Shown one piece after another: positions 8,266 to 16,501 of a DNA stretch of 64,000 nt. This DNA comes from an uncultured Ignavibacteriaceae bacterium. Its GTDB lineage: Bacteria > Bacteroidota > Ignavibacteria > UBA10030. The notes under the pieces are model-generated. The model ran no database searches. It saw only the letters and a list, made by a program, of their open reading frames with translations, and had not been told where the DNA came from. How positions within the stretch are numbered: position 1 is the first letter of the stretch; the number at the start of each line of letters is the position of its first letter. The DNA is taken from NCBI GenBank assembly GCA_964362905.1, contig CAYIHQ010000001.1:1163-65162 (forward strand), written 5' to 3'. The translations under genes were made by a program, and so were the position numbers.

Positions 8266-9252
8266 CTAGTGCGGAAGCAGTGACTCGCACTGGCTACATC
8301 GCGGTGCCTGCGCATTCGCCTGCGCCAAGCCCAGCACAGTGCTACCTATCTGCTCGAACCGATGGCGAGTGCGTGGATTCTCGTGCTCTTGCGCATAGCT
8401 CGTCAGGAGATTGACAAGCCCGTAGACCGTTGGACGCTCCATAGAGGGTACTCGCGCGAGCAACGCCACCTGATGTCGCGCAGGAATCCGCAGATCATGG
8501 AGCATGTGCGTCAGGTAGGCCGTTGGGTTCGTCACTGCATGCTCATCAGAGAGCACAAAATCCTGGAGTAGCTGACGCGCCACGTCATACGCCTGCTGCA
8601 CCACGACCTGAGCAGCAGCCATCATGGCCTCACGAGTCAGGTGGCTCCCCGCAGAAACCGAAGTCCCCATCGTCTCCCGGTGCATGCCATTGGTGCAGAC
8701 CATGCGGTAGACGTAGGGGCTGGCCTTCACGGCCCCATTCAGCTCGACCAGCACGCCACTGTGCGAAACATCCCCCACGGCGCGCGCGGGGGTGGCCGAG
8801 TGCTGGGCAACAAGGCGGAGCGCCAAATGTCCAGCATCGTCCACGTCAGCACCCTGGACCCCCGCGAGCTGGGGAAGACGCTGCACGATCGGCAGCAAGT
8901 CGCCGAAGTCTAGGCCACTCCCAGAACCGGGCTCGATCGAGACCACTCGATCCCCCAGGATCGAGAGACACACCGCCTCTCCAGATCGACGCGATTGGCT
9001 GGAGCGGAGCATCCGCTGCAACAGCTCCGGATCGTCCTTATACTCCGTCATCGCCCCCGAGGGCAGACCCAGGACGTTCAGCGTCCGCGAGTAGACACCA
9101 GAGAAATCCAGATCGTGTTGCGAGATGCTGACACCATTGTTGGTGGCCGAAAACTGGAGGCCCCCAAGGGTAGTACTCACGTTCCTCTGGCGCAGCCCCT
9201 CAATCTTTTGAGCAAGCTGATCCAGTGAGAGCAAAGCTGTAGCTGTTGTCAT
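8266..9252 (-). CDS. DUF932-like (phage/plasmid-associated) protein
   Basis: 328-aa ORF. The central YRMVCTNGM resembles the R-x-V-C-x-N signature I associate with DUF932/DUF945 proteins. This is recollection only. Confidence 0.45.
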   Translation of the reverse strand: MTTATALLSLDQLAQKIEGLRQRNVSTTLGGLQFSATNNGVSISQHDLDFSGVYSRTLNVLGLPSGAMTEYKDDPELLQRMLRSSQSRRSGEAVCLSILGDRVVSIEPGSGSGLDFGDLLPIVQRLPQLAGVQGADVDDAGHLALRLVAQHSATPARAVGDVSHSGVLVELNGAVKASPYVYRMVCTNGMHRETMGTSVSAGSHLTREAMMAAAQVVVQQAYDVARQLLQDFVLSDEHAVTNPTAYLTHMLHDLRIPARHQVALLARVPSMERPTVYGLVNLLTSYAQEHENPRTRHRFEQIGSTVLGLAQANAQAPRCSQCESLLPH

Positions 9253-9255
9253 GGG

Positions 9256-9330
9256 TTATGCCGTCGTTGTGCCTATTGTTGCCGTGCCTGTTGTTGCCGT
9301 CGTTGTGCCTGTTGTTGTACCCGTTGTATT
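9256..9330. repeat. imperfect tandem direct repeats (21-nt unit gccgtcgttgtgcct[a/g]ttgtt twice, with a 15-nt partial copy between them)
   Basis: Read directly from the sequence. The repeats lie in a 196-nt stretch (9253-9448) whose only ORF (9256-9477) has atypical codon use. Confidence 0.65.
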
Positions 9331-9448
9331 TTGCACCCAGTACCAAACGGGTGTGTACGTGGGTGTCACTACCGCCGGTACTTCCGAAAAGCGATCGAGG
9401 TAGCGACGATGGGGATGGGAATGAGGGGGAGAAGAGGCCCAGGCGGCC

Positions 9449-9676
9449 CTAGCAAAAGGGACGGACCGCCACCTCAAGGCGGTCGAGACGATCCCGATGT
9501 GTTTCGGGGATCATCAGAGCAGCCGCTACTCTCGCCGCATTCTCGTCCTTGGCCAAAACTAGGCCACTTGAGAGAATGCTGGCTTTTTCCAATGTGCTTC
9601 TCATCCCAGCACCCGTGTCCGGCCGATCCGGCCGATAGACAATGACGTAATCGAACGCCTGTTCTCTGTCACTCAT
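9449..9676 (-). CDS. hypothetical protein (75 aa)
   Basis: The track ORF was trimmed to the ATG at 9676 (MSDREQAF...), 2 nt after the upstream stop at 9669-9671. Confidence 0.5.
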   Translation of the reverse strand: MSDREQAFDYVIVYRPDRPDTGAGMRSTLEKASILSSGLVLAKDENAARVAAALMIPETHRDRLDRLEVAVRPFC

Positions 9677-10001
9677 TTTTCGCTGACCTTGCCGCATCAA
9701 AAACAACCTCGATCTCAATGCGTGGCACATGCGCACCCTCCAGCGAGGGATCGGTGTCGGGACGAATCAGCACCCACGCACCATCCACTTCGGCCTCAAC
9801 CCACACGGAGCGCACACCCCGCGTAGTGGCCGCCGTGGTCGTCAGGTCCACCGCATCCCCGTCTACCGCCACCCACATGCCTGCGGCAGAGAGTGAGACC
9901 TCTCGGGCACCCAGGGTGTAGGCCGCATCACGCTGGACCTTGACCTCTCGAAGCCCAGCGGTTGCCAGGGGGATCACACGATGGAGGGTAACCTTCGACA
10001 C
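9669..10001 (-). CDS. hypothetical protein (110 aa)
   Basis: GTG-initiated ORF in the operon orientation, preceded by a purine-rich AAAGAGAGAG tract. Confidence 0.5.
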   Translation of the reverse strand: MSKVTLHRVIPLATAGLREVKVQRDAAYTLGAREVSLSAAGMWVAVDGDAVDLTTTAATTRGVRSVWVEAEVDGAWVLIRPDTDPSLEGAHVPRIEIEVVFDAARSAKNE

Positions 10002-10087
10002 GCTCTCTCTTTACCACGGTGGTCAGCGGAGGAGAAGTTTTTTCCAAGAATCTTTCCGCGTGCCGGCGACGCCCGTCGCCAGACTAG

Positions 10088-10294
10088 TCACGAGTCACGA
10101 AGCCAGGTGTCGCGGGGGGTACGGGCTCGCCTCTCGGCGCTCGATCGGGCTCGAAGCTGGCGCTCGATCTCAGCCAGCCTCTCCTCCAGGCGGCCTATCC
10201 ACTCCAGCGCCGACACCAGCATCGCCCGGATGTCCTCCACCAGGCGCGCGGGGATCTCGGGCTCGGTGATGGGTTGTGTTCTGCTTGTTTCCAT
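10088..10294 (-). CDS. hypothetical small helical protein (68 aa)
   Basis: The ORF starts 7 nt downstream of a TGcTACTCT extended -10-like element. The sequence is Glu/Arg/Leu-rich. Confidence 0.45.
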   Translation of the reverse strand: METSRTQPITEPEIPARLVEDIRAMLVSALEWIGRLEERLAEIERQLRARSSAERRARTPRDTWLRDS

Positions 10295-10301
10295 GCCCAG
10301 G

Positions 10302-10310
10302 AGAGTAGCA
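10302..10310 (-). promoter_or_regulatory. extended -10-like promoter element TGcTACTCT, 7 nt before the ATG at 10294 (leaderless-type arrangement)
   Basis: The minus strand reads ttTGcTACTCTcctgggcATG. The same TGnTAnnnT-N6/7-ATG geometry occurs at 17817-17825. Confidence 0.3.
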
Positions 10311-10335
10311 AAAGGGGGACAGAACCTTCCTAAAG

Positions 10336-10375
10336 AAAAAAAAAGTCCTACGCAGGGCGCCCCCTACCCCTGGCG
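10336..10375 (-). terminator. putative intrinsic terminator after the Com-like gene
   Basis: The minus strand reads CGCCAGGG-gtagggggcg-CCCTGCG, then taggac, then T9 (the A9 at 10336-10344 on the plus strand). The stem has one bulge and overlaps the last codons of the gene. Confidence 0.45.
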
Positions 10376-10552
10376 GGAGAGTTCCACCACGAGCGTCAGG
10401 GGGCGCCCGCAAGCGTGGCACTCGGTGTGTACCCGCGTACGCCCATCGGGATCCCGGGTACGCACCCGGAGCTGCCGGCGCACCAGGGTACCGCAAGAGC
10501 ATCGCACGTCCACCACAGAAGCCTTCGGCTGGTTTTGGTTTTGGTTCGTCAT
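10364..10552 (-). CDS. small zinc-ribbon protein (Mu Com-like fold suspected; 62 aa)
   Basis: The track ORF was trimmed to the ATG at 10552 (MTNQNQNQ...), with an AGGAG 8 nt upstream. The Cys pairs are VRCSCG ... ECHACG. Confidence 0.5.
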   Translation of the reverse strand: MTNQNQNQPKASVVDVRCSCGTLVRRQLRVRTRDPDGRTRVHTECHACGRPLTLVVELSRQG

Positions 10553-10610
10553 CGGTCTGACTCCTATACCACCAGCAGATCGCCGGATGCACAGAAGTGC
10601 AAGCAATTTT

Positions 10611-11462
10611 TCAAAAAGCCTCGCCAATCTGCTCCAAGTTGTAGGGGCTCAGCTTGCTAGCTAGTTCGGGTCTACCAAGCACCGTTGCTGTAACAAGACC
10701 TATTTTCGTATAGGCTAGCCGTAGCTGCTTCTCTCGCACCCTGAAGTAGCGTGCGAGCAGCCAGAAGGGTGCCCTCCGCGGATCCACCCGGAGACCCGCA
10801 CGTTGGAGGAGGCGCACGAAGTGCGTTGTGGGGTGGTATAGCAGATCAAAGAGAGCACGCTCTGGAAAGGGCTCCAGCGCACTGCGGATGCGCTCGACAG
10901 ACGCTATCAACCCCAGCTGCTCCGCGGGCTCCGGCGTCCCCCCATCCACCAGCAGGCACGTAGAGATCCCACCATCAGCCGCGTCCACATCCACATCGAA
11001 GGATTCGCTGTCCAGACGGACATCCTGGATCTTTACCTCCGACTTCCGGATCTCCTTGGACAGGCAGGCGGGACACTGCTTGTTCCCCTTCCGCCACATC
11101 CAGATCCAGCCACACCCTCGGCACTCCCCTCGATAGCCAGATCGAGCCATGCGCTTTTGTGCCTGGTAATAACGTGTCAGGTCTATGCAGCGATTCTTGG
11201 CCTCTGCGGGGAACAACCTACGAAAATCATCACCTCCTGGATCATTCGTACGCGAGAGCCGCCAGAGTACGAGGTAAAGCTCTTGCCGCAGATCCTCCTC
11301 ATCCAACTTCCCTGGAATTGCGAAGGATTTCGACAGCCCATAGATAAGAGATCGCCAGCGCAGCAGCAAAGCCGAGTCAAAACGGTTCGTGATCTCAGCA
11401 GAGTCTCGTATCTGTCCAAGATGGGGTAAGGAGAGTAGACTTCGTAACCTGGTGAGCGCCAT
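10611..11462 (-). CDS. sigma-70-family (ECF-like) sigma factor with an inserted zinc ribbon
   Basis: Region-2-like sequence: EEDLRQELYLVLWRL...FPAEAKNRCIDLTRYYQAQKR. Insert: CRGCGWIWMWRKGNKQCPAC. Region-4-like sequence: ALEPFPERALFDLL...LLARYFRVREKQLRLAYTKIG. Confidence 0.5.
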   Translation of the reverse strand: MALTRLRSLLSLPHLGQIRDSAEITNRFDSALLLRWRSLIYGLSKSFAIPGKLDEEDLRQELYLVLWRLSRTNDPGGDDFRRLFPAEAKNRCIDLTRYYQAQKRMARSGYRGECRGCGWIWMWRKGNKQCPACLSKEIRKSEVKIQDVRLDSESFDVDVDAADGGISTCLLVDGGTPEPAEQLGLIASVERIRSALEPFPERALFDLLYHPTTHFVRLLQRAGLRVDPRRAPFWLLARYFRVREKQLRLAYTKIGLVTATVLGRPELASKLSPYNLEQIGEAF

Positions 11463-11465
11463 AGC

Positions 11466-11822
11466 TCAAACCTCCTCCACCGACTCTATTTCTTCTTCCT
11501 CAACACTTGTTCCTTCCTCAATATCTTCTTCTTCCAGACCGACGTGTATTCCTTCTTCCAATTCGCGGATAACAGGTGTTGCTCCCGCGAGATCAGCACG
11601 CCGCAGCTTCCTGGGCTCTTCCGCGGTCATGGTCCGCACGTAGCTCCAAGGAATCATATCCACACGCCAACGCCCTCGGTACTTGTACTTCACCAGAACA
11701 CCTGCCTCGCTGAGATCGAGACAAGTACCATGAATCTTCTGGATGGATACCTCCTCACGTTCGATGAACACACCGCGCCCATTGAAATCCGCAGTACTGT
11801 TGATAGCAGTCTTGTGCGTCAT
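11466..11822 (-). CDS. hypothetical protein with a strongly acidic C-terminal tail (118 aa)
   Basis: The track ORF was trimmed to the ATG at 11822 (MTHKTAINS...), which makes an ATGA overlap with the primase stop. The C-terminus is EEEDIEEGTSVEEEEIESVEEV. Confidence 0.5.
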   Translation of the reverse strand: MTHKTAINSTADFNGRGVFIEREEVSIQKIHGTCLDLSEAGVLVKYKYRGRWRVDMIPWSYVRTMTAEEPRKLRRADLAGATPVIRELEEGIHVGLEEEDIEEGTSVEEEEIESVEEV

Positions 11823-12775
11823 GTGAGAAGCAGCTCGATTTCGGAACGAAACGAAAATGGGGACGCGGAGTCCAAGTAGGACTTGAAATCCGGAACAGAG
11901 TCTGGGTCGTCCTGCGGTGGGAGCTTGACCAGCTTCACACCCGCACCACGACTTGACAACCATCTGGCAACGTACAATGCCTGTGGTTTAGCGTCACCAT
12001 CTAGGGCAACAAAGTGAGTCCTAAACCCAGCCGCAAGAATGTACTGTAGCTGTTCCACTGTTACCATCTTACCAAAGGTAGCCACAGCATTTGGACCCGC
12101 GGCAATCGCTGAAAAGACCCCTTCCGTAATAATCACATCAGCGTAGCCACGAGCACGATCTAGGTTGAACACATGATGGCGTCGATTTCTATGCGGTGGA
12201 TTCATGTACTTCGGATAGCGCGTGCTACCAGAAAAATCACGCGCACACCAGAAGGTTATTTTACCAGCATGAAAAGTAGGAATGAATATACGATTTACCC
12301 AGCCACCGCGGCTACCAACTCTTAGATGGTAGTCATCCAGGATTTGATCCGTAAGACCACGACAGGGCAGACCGTTCACTCGGGTATCCCTGGACCATAC
12401 CAAGTAGCGGTAGGAGAGCAGACCCAACTGGGGAACAAGAGTGGGGCAGGGGTATTCGATCTCCTCCGTTGGATCATAGCCTGGATCATAATTCTGCTCC
12501 GTAAACAGGCGGAGGCGTCTCACTACATCTCCCCACTCCGCAGCCTGGGGCATGATGGAGACACCCAGGGACTCCAGCAACCACGCAGCCGAGCCCTTCA
12601 TCCCGCAACGCTGGCATATAAATAGCTTCTTCTGTGTGTTGAGGTAGAGGTGGTACTTTGTATCCGGTGTCGGTTTCCCCCTTGAGACACAATAGGTACA
12701 GCAGAATCTTATCTCAGATCCAGGGCCTTTCACCGAGCTGCCAAAGTGGGCTACGAGTGCATCGTGGAGCTGCAA
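11819..12775 (-). CDS. DNA primase (zinc-finger + TOPRIM, DnaG/T7 gp4-primase type)
   Basis: Zinc finger: CCTYCVSRGK...H...CQRCG. TOPRIM acidic motifs: IITEGVFSAIA and FVALDGDAKP. It sits directly downstream of the DnaB-like helicase. Confidence 0.75.
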   Translation of the reverse strand: MQLHDALVAHFGSSVKGPGSEIRFCCTYCVSRGKPTPDTKYHLYLNTQKKLFICQRCGMKGSAAWLLESLGVSIMPQAAEWGDVVRRLRLFTEQNYDPGYDPTEEIEYPCPTLVPQLGLLSYRYLVWSRDTRVNGLPCRGLTDQILDDYHLRVGSRGGWVNRIFIPTFHAGKITFWCARDFSGSTRYPKYMNPPHRNRRHHVFNLDRARGYADVIITEGVFSAIAAGPNAVATFGKMVTVEQLQYILAAGFRTHFVALDGDAKPQALYVARWLSSRGAGVKLVKLPPQDDPDSVPDFKSYLDSASPFSFRSEIELLLT

Positions 12776-12979
12776 TCAACCCTCCACTAAGAACCGCACT
12801 TCCTTATGACAACGCTCACAGATCCACACTGGATCCGTTGTCTTGTAGAACACCTTCGCTTCCGCCCAGGTATTTCCATCAAGACTGTTCTGTCTTTTCA
12901 CCTCAAGAACTGGTACAGAGACCTCCTTTTGTACCAGTAGCATGTTACCACCGCAGCCACCACACTTTTCATCCTGCAC
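12776..12979 (-). CDS. small zinc-ribbon protein (67 aa)
   Basis: CGGCGG near the N-terminus and CERCH near the C-terminus give two CxxC pairs. It overlaps the DnaB stop by 11 nt. Confidence 0.55.
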   Translation of the reverse strand: MQDEKCGGCGGNMLLVQKEVSVPVLEVKRQNSLDGNTWAEAKVFYKTTDPVWICERCHKEVRFLVEG

Positions 12980-14339
12980 AGGATTGATCCTCTTTGGTGA
13001 CTACCTCGGATAGCATCGCACGAGAGAAATCCACGTTCAGTCGTACGTATTGATTGTCTCTGTGCCCTCTACGCATCTTCAAGACCTTGAGACGCATAGC
13101 CTGTTTCTCCAGCTCATCATCCGTCTGACAGAGAGCTAGGACAACATCAGCTTTTTCAACCTTCTGAATCGACCGCGATATCTTGCTCATATTGGGGTCG
13201 TCGTTCCCGTACCCATCACGAGTTACCTGAGAGGCCGTCCAGACCGGGCATCCATAGGTATTTCCAAGGTCAATCAGCTCACTCGTGATCGTGCCATACA
13301 CATGATAGATATTTTCATCGTCTCTTGGCTGCGAAGACGACGAGCGCATTTCATCCAGATAGTCCACAACAAGGAGTCCGGGGCGAACACCTCTGAGCGA
13401 ATCAAGACGGGCCAGCGTAGACCGCAACATGATGCTGGTAGCCCGAGAGGGTGGAAAATGCACCACCTGGAAGGTCTTGGCACCCGGCATACGCTCTAGG
13501 CTGGGCACCAAGCGGGTGTAGGCCGCATCGTTGGTCTGCACTTGCTTGATCGTACACCTGGTCATCCGGGCCAACACGCGGGAGACAACATCGTAGGGAC
13601 GCAGCTCCAGCGTGAAATACACCACGGATTTCCCCTGCATAATCGCTGAGGCCGCCAGGTTTATCAGCATCATGGACTTTCCGCGCCCAGACTGCCCCAA
13701 GACAAAGCCCAGCTCTCCACCGCCCAGACCCCCGTCAAGATAGCTGTCCAGCCGGCGAAACCCTGTAGCCACTCTAGAGCGCGGATCGGCCGCTGGGTCC
13801 CCCTCGGACACCGTAGAAATATCGCCCAGGTGCTCAAAGAGATTCACGCCGAGGTGCTTCGATTGACCTACCCCGAGCGCCGACTGGAGGAGGGAGACCA
13901 CGGGAGAGAGATCAGCACGGTCGGGGTCTCGATCCGCCGCGTCTACCAGCTCGACGGATCGCAGGATCGCCTCTTTCACTGCCTGATGCCGTCCGAATTG
14001 CACGGCCATCTGACGGACCACCGCGGATTGGTGCTCCTCGGTGGGGCTCTCGTAGAGGCGAGTCAGCTCCTCCAAGATCCGAGTCTCATCCTCCTTGGGC
14101 CATGCACTCTTCACAGCCCGCTGTCGTAGGGACTCACACACGACTTCCTTCCCGGGTTTCCCACGGAAGCGATCGAAGTAGTCCAAAAGAACCCCAGCAA
14201 TTATCTGATGGGAATCCTTGATGAAATAGCTCGCCCGAAGTGCCTCCCTACATTCCACCAGAAAAACTGGATCGAGCAGCATACTCCCGAGCACCAAGTC
14301 CTGGAACCCGTTGCTGAACGAGTAGCTTTTGAGCGTCAT
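12969..14339 (-). CDS. dnaB: replicative DNA helicase, DnaB family
   Basis: Walker A GQSGRGKSMMLINLAA, Walker B LLVVDYLDEM, and a C-terminal RecA-like fold with QVTRDG. An AAGG lies 4 nt upstream of the ATG. Confidence 0.85.
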   Translation of the reverse strand: MTLKSYSFSNGFQDLVLGSMLLDPVFLVECREALRASYFIKDSHQIIAGVLLDYFDRFRGKPGKEVVCESLRQRAVKSAWPKEDETRILEELTRLYESPTEEHQSAVVRQMAVQFGRHQAVKEAILRSVELVDAADRDPDRADLSPVVSLLQSALGVGQSKHLGVNLFEHLGDISTVSEGDPAADPRSRVATGFRRLDSYLDGGLGGGELGFVLGQSGRGKSMMLINLAASAIMQGKSVVYFTLELRPYDVVSRVLARMTRCTIKQVQTNDAAYTRLVPSLERMPGAKTFQVVHFPPSRATSIMLRSTLARLDSLRGVRPGLLVVDYLDEMRSSSSQPRDDENIYHVYGTITSELIDLGNTYGCPVWTASQVTRDGYGNDDPNMSKISRSIQKVEKADVVLALCQTDDELEKQAMRLKVLKMRRGHRDNQYVRLNVDFSRAMLSEVVTKEDQSCAG

Positions 14340-14467
14340 CTGACCTTGACACCGTTCAAGGGGTGAAGCATAGCCTCAGCTAGCTGCAAACCTACCTTTT
14401 CCCGCCAAAAACCTTTGAATATCGGGAGAACCCTCATACGCCTGTTTTGTAACGTTTCGGATTTTTC

Positions 14468-14497
14468 TTGACAAGAATGGCGTAGTAGGGGTATAAT
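14468..14497 (+). promoter_or_regulatory. perfect consensus sigma-70-type promoter TTGACA-N18-TATAAT on the non-coding (plus) strand
   Basis: The sequence reads cTTGACAagaatggcgtagtaggggTATAATc. The -35 lies inside the palindrome TTCTTG-a-CAAGAA (14464-14476). On the minus strand that palindrome gives TTGTCA-N17-TACAAA, pointing at dnaB. Confidence 0.4.
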
Positions 14498-14516
14498 CTA
14501 TGTCCTTCCACCCCAT

Positions 14517-15998
14517 TCAGGCTAGGCCGAAGGCCTTACGGAGTGGGATGGGAAGTGAGGTGACGACCTCAATCCCCTCGGCCTCGTAATCGGCCTTGCG
14601 CTTGTTGCTCTGAGCGCGAAGCATGGGGGAGGTGTGGTCGATGAAATCGACGACGTAGCTCTGAGTCTTCCCCTCAGAGACCGTCATGGCACGAAAAGCC
14701 CGCTGAAGAGTACGAATGGTGGACTTGCCTCCATCTCCGATGACCACGGCAGAAAGAGAAGGCAGGTCAATCCCCTCGTCGTAGACGGTGCTTCCCACCA
14801 CACAGCGGAGCCTCCCGGAGAGAAGCATCTGCTTCACCTGAGCTGCTTGTGTATCGTGCTGGAGACTACCACGTTTGCACACCGCTGAACGCTGGTTTCC
14901 AAAGACCATTGCACAATCCACATCCTCAGAGATGGATTTTAGGAGAGAAAATCCATGCTTTATCTCCTTTACGAGCACGAGGACCGTCTCTCCCGCATCG
15001 TGAAGGGCTCGCACGATCTGAGCTATGATCTTGTTCCTGTAATCGTTTTCTACGATTCCCTTTTTATGCACATTAGGCCACCTGTGCATATGCCACAGAG
15101 ATGGCTTCTTGATCGTAGGCATCAAGACGACGGGCTCAACGAGGTAGCGAGCATCCCGGAGATACTTGGAGCTGATCTCCACGATCCTCGGTCCCGTGGC
15201 ACCCATCAAAGCGAAATCAGCATGGTGAAAACCTGCTCCTTTCGCTACCCGCAGAGGAGTACCAGAATAGCCTATTCGGTATGCCGCTGGGATCTTAGCG
15301 AATACCTGATAGTACGTATTCGCACTCCCTAGATGGTGGCACTCGTCACACTGAGCTAGCTGGAGGCCCTGAAGCCACGTTCCAAGCTCTGTGTCTCCAG
15401 CTTGGATCGCTCGCCAGAGAGTCTGGAATGTGGCTACCACATGGAGAGCCCCCAGCTCCCTGTGACCTCCGCCGAGACGGCCTATTGGTCCGACCCCACG
15501 CGAGACAAAGCGCTCGTAGTGCTGCTCAAGCAAGTCCTTCTTTTCTACAAGCAGAATGCTAGGGACATTCAGCAGCTTGGCTACAGCTATCTGTATCTCT
15601 GTTTTTCCGCCGCGTGGAGCAATTGAGACCACACCGCGTTTTCGTCGCAGGATCTCAGAAATGGCGTCAACCTGGTAGTCCCGCAGTGTGACCCCATCGA
15701 GTAGAGCTGTATGAGGAGCACCCTGCGGCAATACTGGGAGAGGAAGATGGTCTTCCACCACGGGGGTAATCCCCGCTTTTGCCAGCTCCAGCAACACATG
15801 GGAAAAGAGACCCGAAGGAAACGTACGCATTTCCTTGTCTAGGAAAAAGGTACGCATTCCATCCCATGTCCCTTGCTTGAAATCCCAGTCACTCTCTGCC
15901 GTAGGGTCGCGGAAGTGAAGAATAGAGCAAAGAGCAGCTTGCTCTGCGGCGTCCACGCAGTCCGCTACAGTTACATGGGCGTAGCGAGCGAGACGCAT
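14517..15998 (-). CDS. SF2 DEAD/DEAH-box DNA helicase (UvsW / type III restriction Res-like)
   Basis: LRDYQVDAISEIL (Q motif), IAPRGGKTEI (motif I), CDECHHLGS (motif II), YSGTPLR (motif III). The C-terminal helicase domain has VVGSTVYDEGIDLP. Confidence 0.8.
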   Translation of the reverse strand: MRLARYAHVTVADCVDAAEQAALCSILHFRDPTAESDWDFKQGTWDGMRTFFLDKEMRTFPSGLFSHVLLELAKAGITPVVEDHLPLPVLPQGAPHTALLDGVTLRDYQVDAISEILRRKRGVVSIAPRGGKTEIQIAVAKLLNVPSILLVEKKDLLEQHYERFVSRGVGPIGRLGGGHRELGALHVVATFQTLWRAIQAGDTELGTWLQGLQLAQCDECHHLGSANTYYQVFAKIPAAYRIGYSGTPLRVAKGAGFHHADFALMGATGPRIVEISSKYLRDARYLVEPVVLMPTIKKPSLWHMHRWPNVHKKGIVENDYRNKIIAQIVRALHDAGETVLVLVKEIKHGFSLLKSISEDVDCAMVFGNQRSAVCKRGSLQHDTQAAQVKQMLLSGRLRCVVGSTVYDEGIDLPSLSAVVIGDGGKSTIRTLQRAFRAMTVSEGKTQSYVVDFIDHTSPMLRAQSNKRKADYEAEGIEVVTSLPIPLRKAFGLA

Positions 15999-16019
15999 AT
16001 TCCTTGGCTTCTTTGCTTC

Positions 16020-16253
16020 TCAGCGAGAGACGCGCCGTCGCAACCAGTCGGCGATTACAACCTTCAGCGCGTCCTCCCGGGATACCCCACCGAGAGCAGT
16101 CTGCACCTCGGAGAGCATCGCCTCTGAACCCTTTTCACCCGTAATCGCGCTCGCTTGGCACTTGGGGCACCCGGGATCGTCCCTCGAAGTCCCAGCCCAT
16201 CCGTAGCGGTGTCCGCGAGAGCACGCACGGTCAAAGAATCCGGTCTTGGTCAT
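16020..16253 (-). CDS. small Cys/His zinc-binding-like protein (77 aa)
   Basis: ACSRGH...GCPKC. Its start makes an ATGA overlap with the upstream gene (16250-16253). Confidence 0.5.
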   Translation of the reverse strand: MTKTGFFDRACSRGHRYGWAGTSRDDPGCPKCQASAITGEKGSEAMLSEVQTALGGVSREDALKVVIADWLRRRVSR

Positions 16254-16501
16254 GCGGGATTCTGAAACTCCTCATCCACAATCCTTGCGACGGCCAAGCA
16301 GTGTCTAACCAGATCCCTTATCCACTTCATCGTCTCCTCCGTCACCGAAGTTCCGATCATATCCGGATACTTGATGGCAAAAGCTGTCCATGCGTGGTTG
16401 AAGAGATCGCGCGCGATGTCATCTACTCGTGCCCTACGCTGCGCCTCTTGATAAGGTGTGGACGGTGGTGAAGGTCTCTGAAGCTCTCTTTTGTCAGACA
16501 T
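16250..16501 (-). CDS. hypothetical protein (83 aa)
   Basis: The track ORF was trimmed to the ATG at 16501 (MSDKRELQ...), which overlaps the stop of the aaRS-like gene by 8 nt. Confidence 0.5.
   Translation of the reverse strand: MSDKRELQRPSPPSTPYQEAQRRARVDDIARDLFNHAWTAFAIKYPDMIGTSVTEETMKWIRDLVRHCLAVARIVDEEFQNPA

Noticed and set aside
9256-9477. 73-aa minus-strand ORF ending in a Thr/Gly repeat
   Set aside because: Not called as a CDS. Its ACA-rich codon use is unlike the confident genes, it would overlap the upstream gene by 29 nt, and its C-terminus simply translates a DNA tandem repeat. It is kept as an open question in the findings.
14500-14589. A 29-codon plus-strand ORF starting 2 nt after the consensus TATAAT
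   Set aside because: The ATG would lie upstream of any transcript started by that promoter. The ORF is antisense to the helicase 3' end and has no supporting features.
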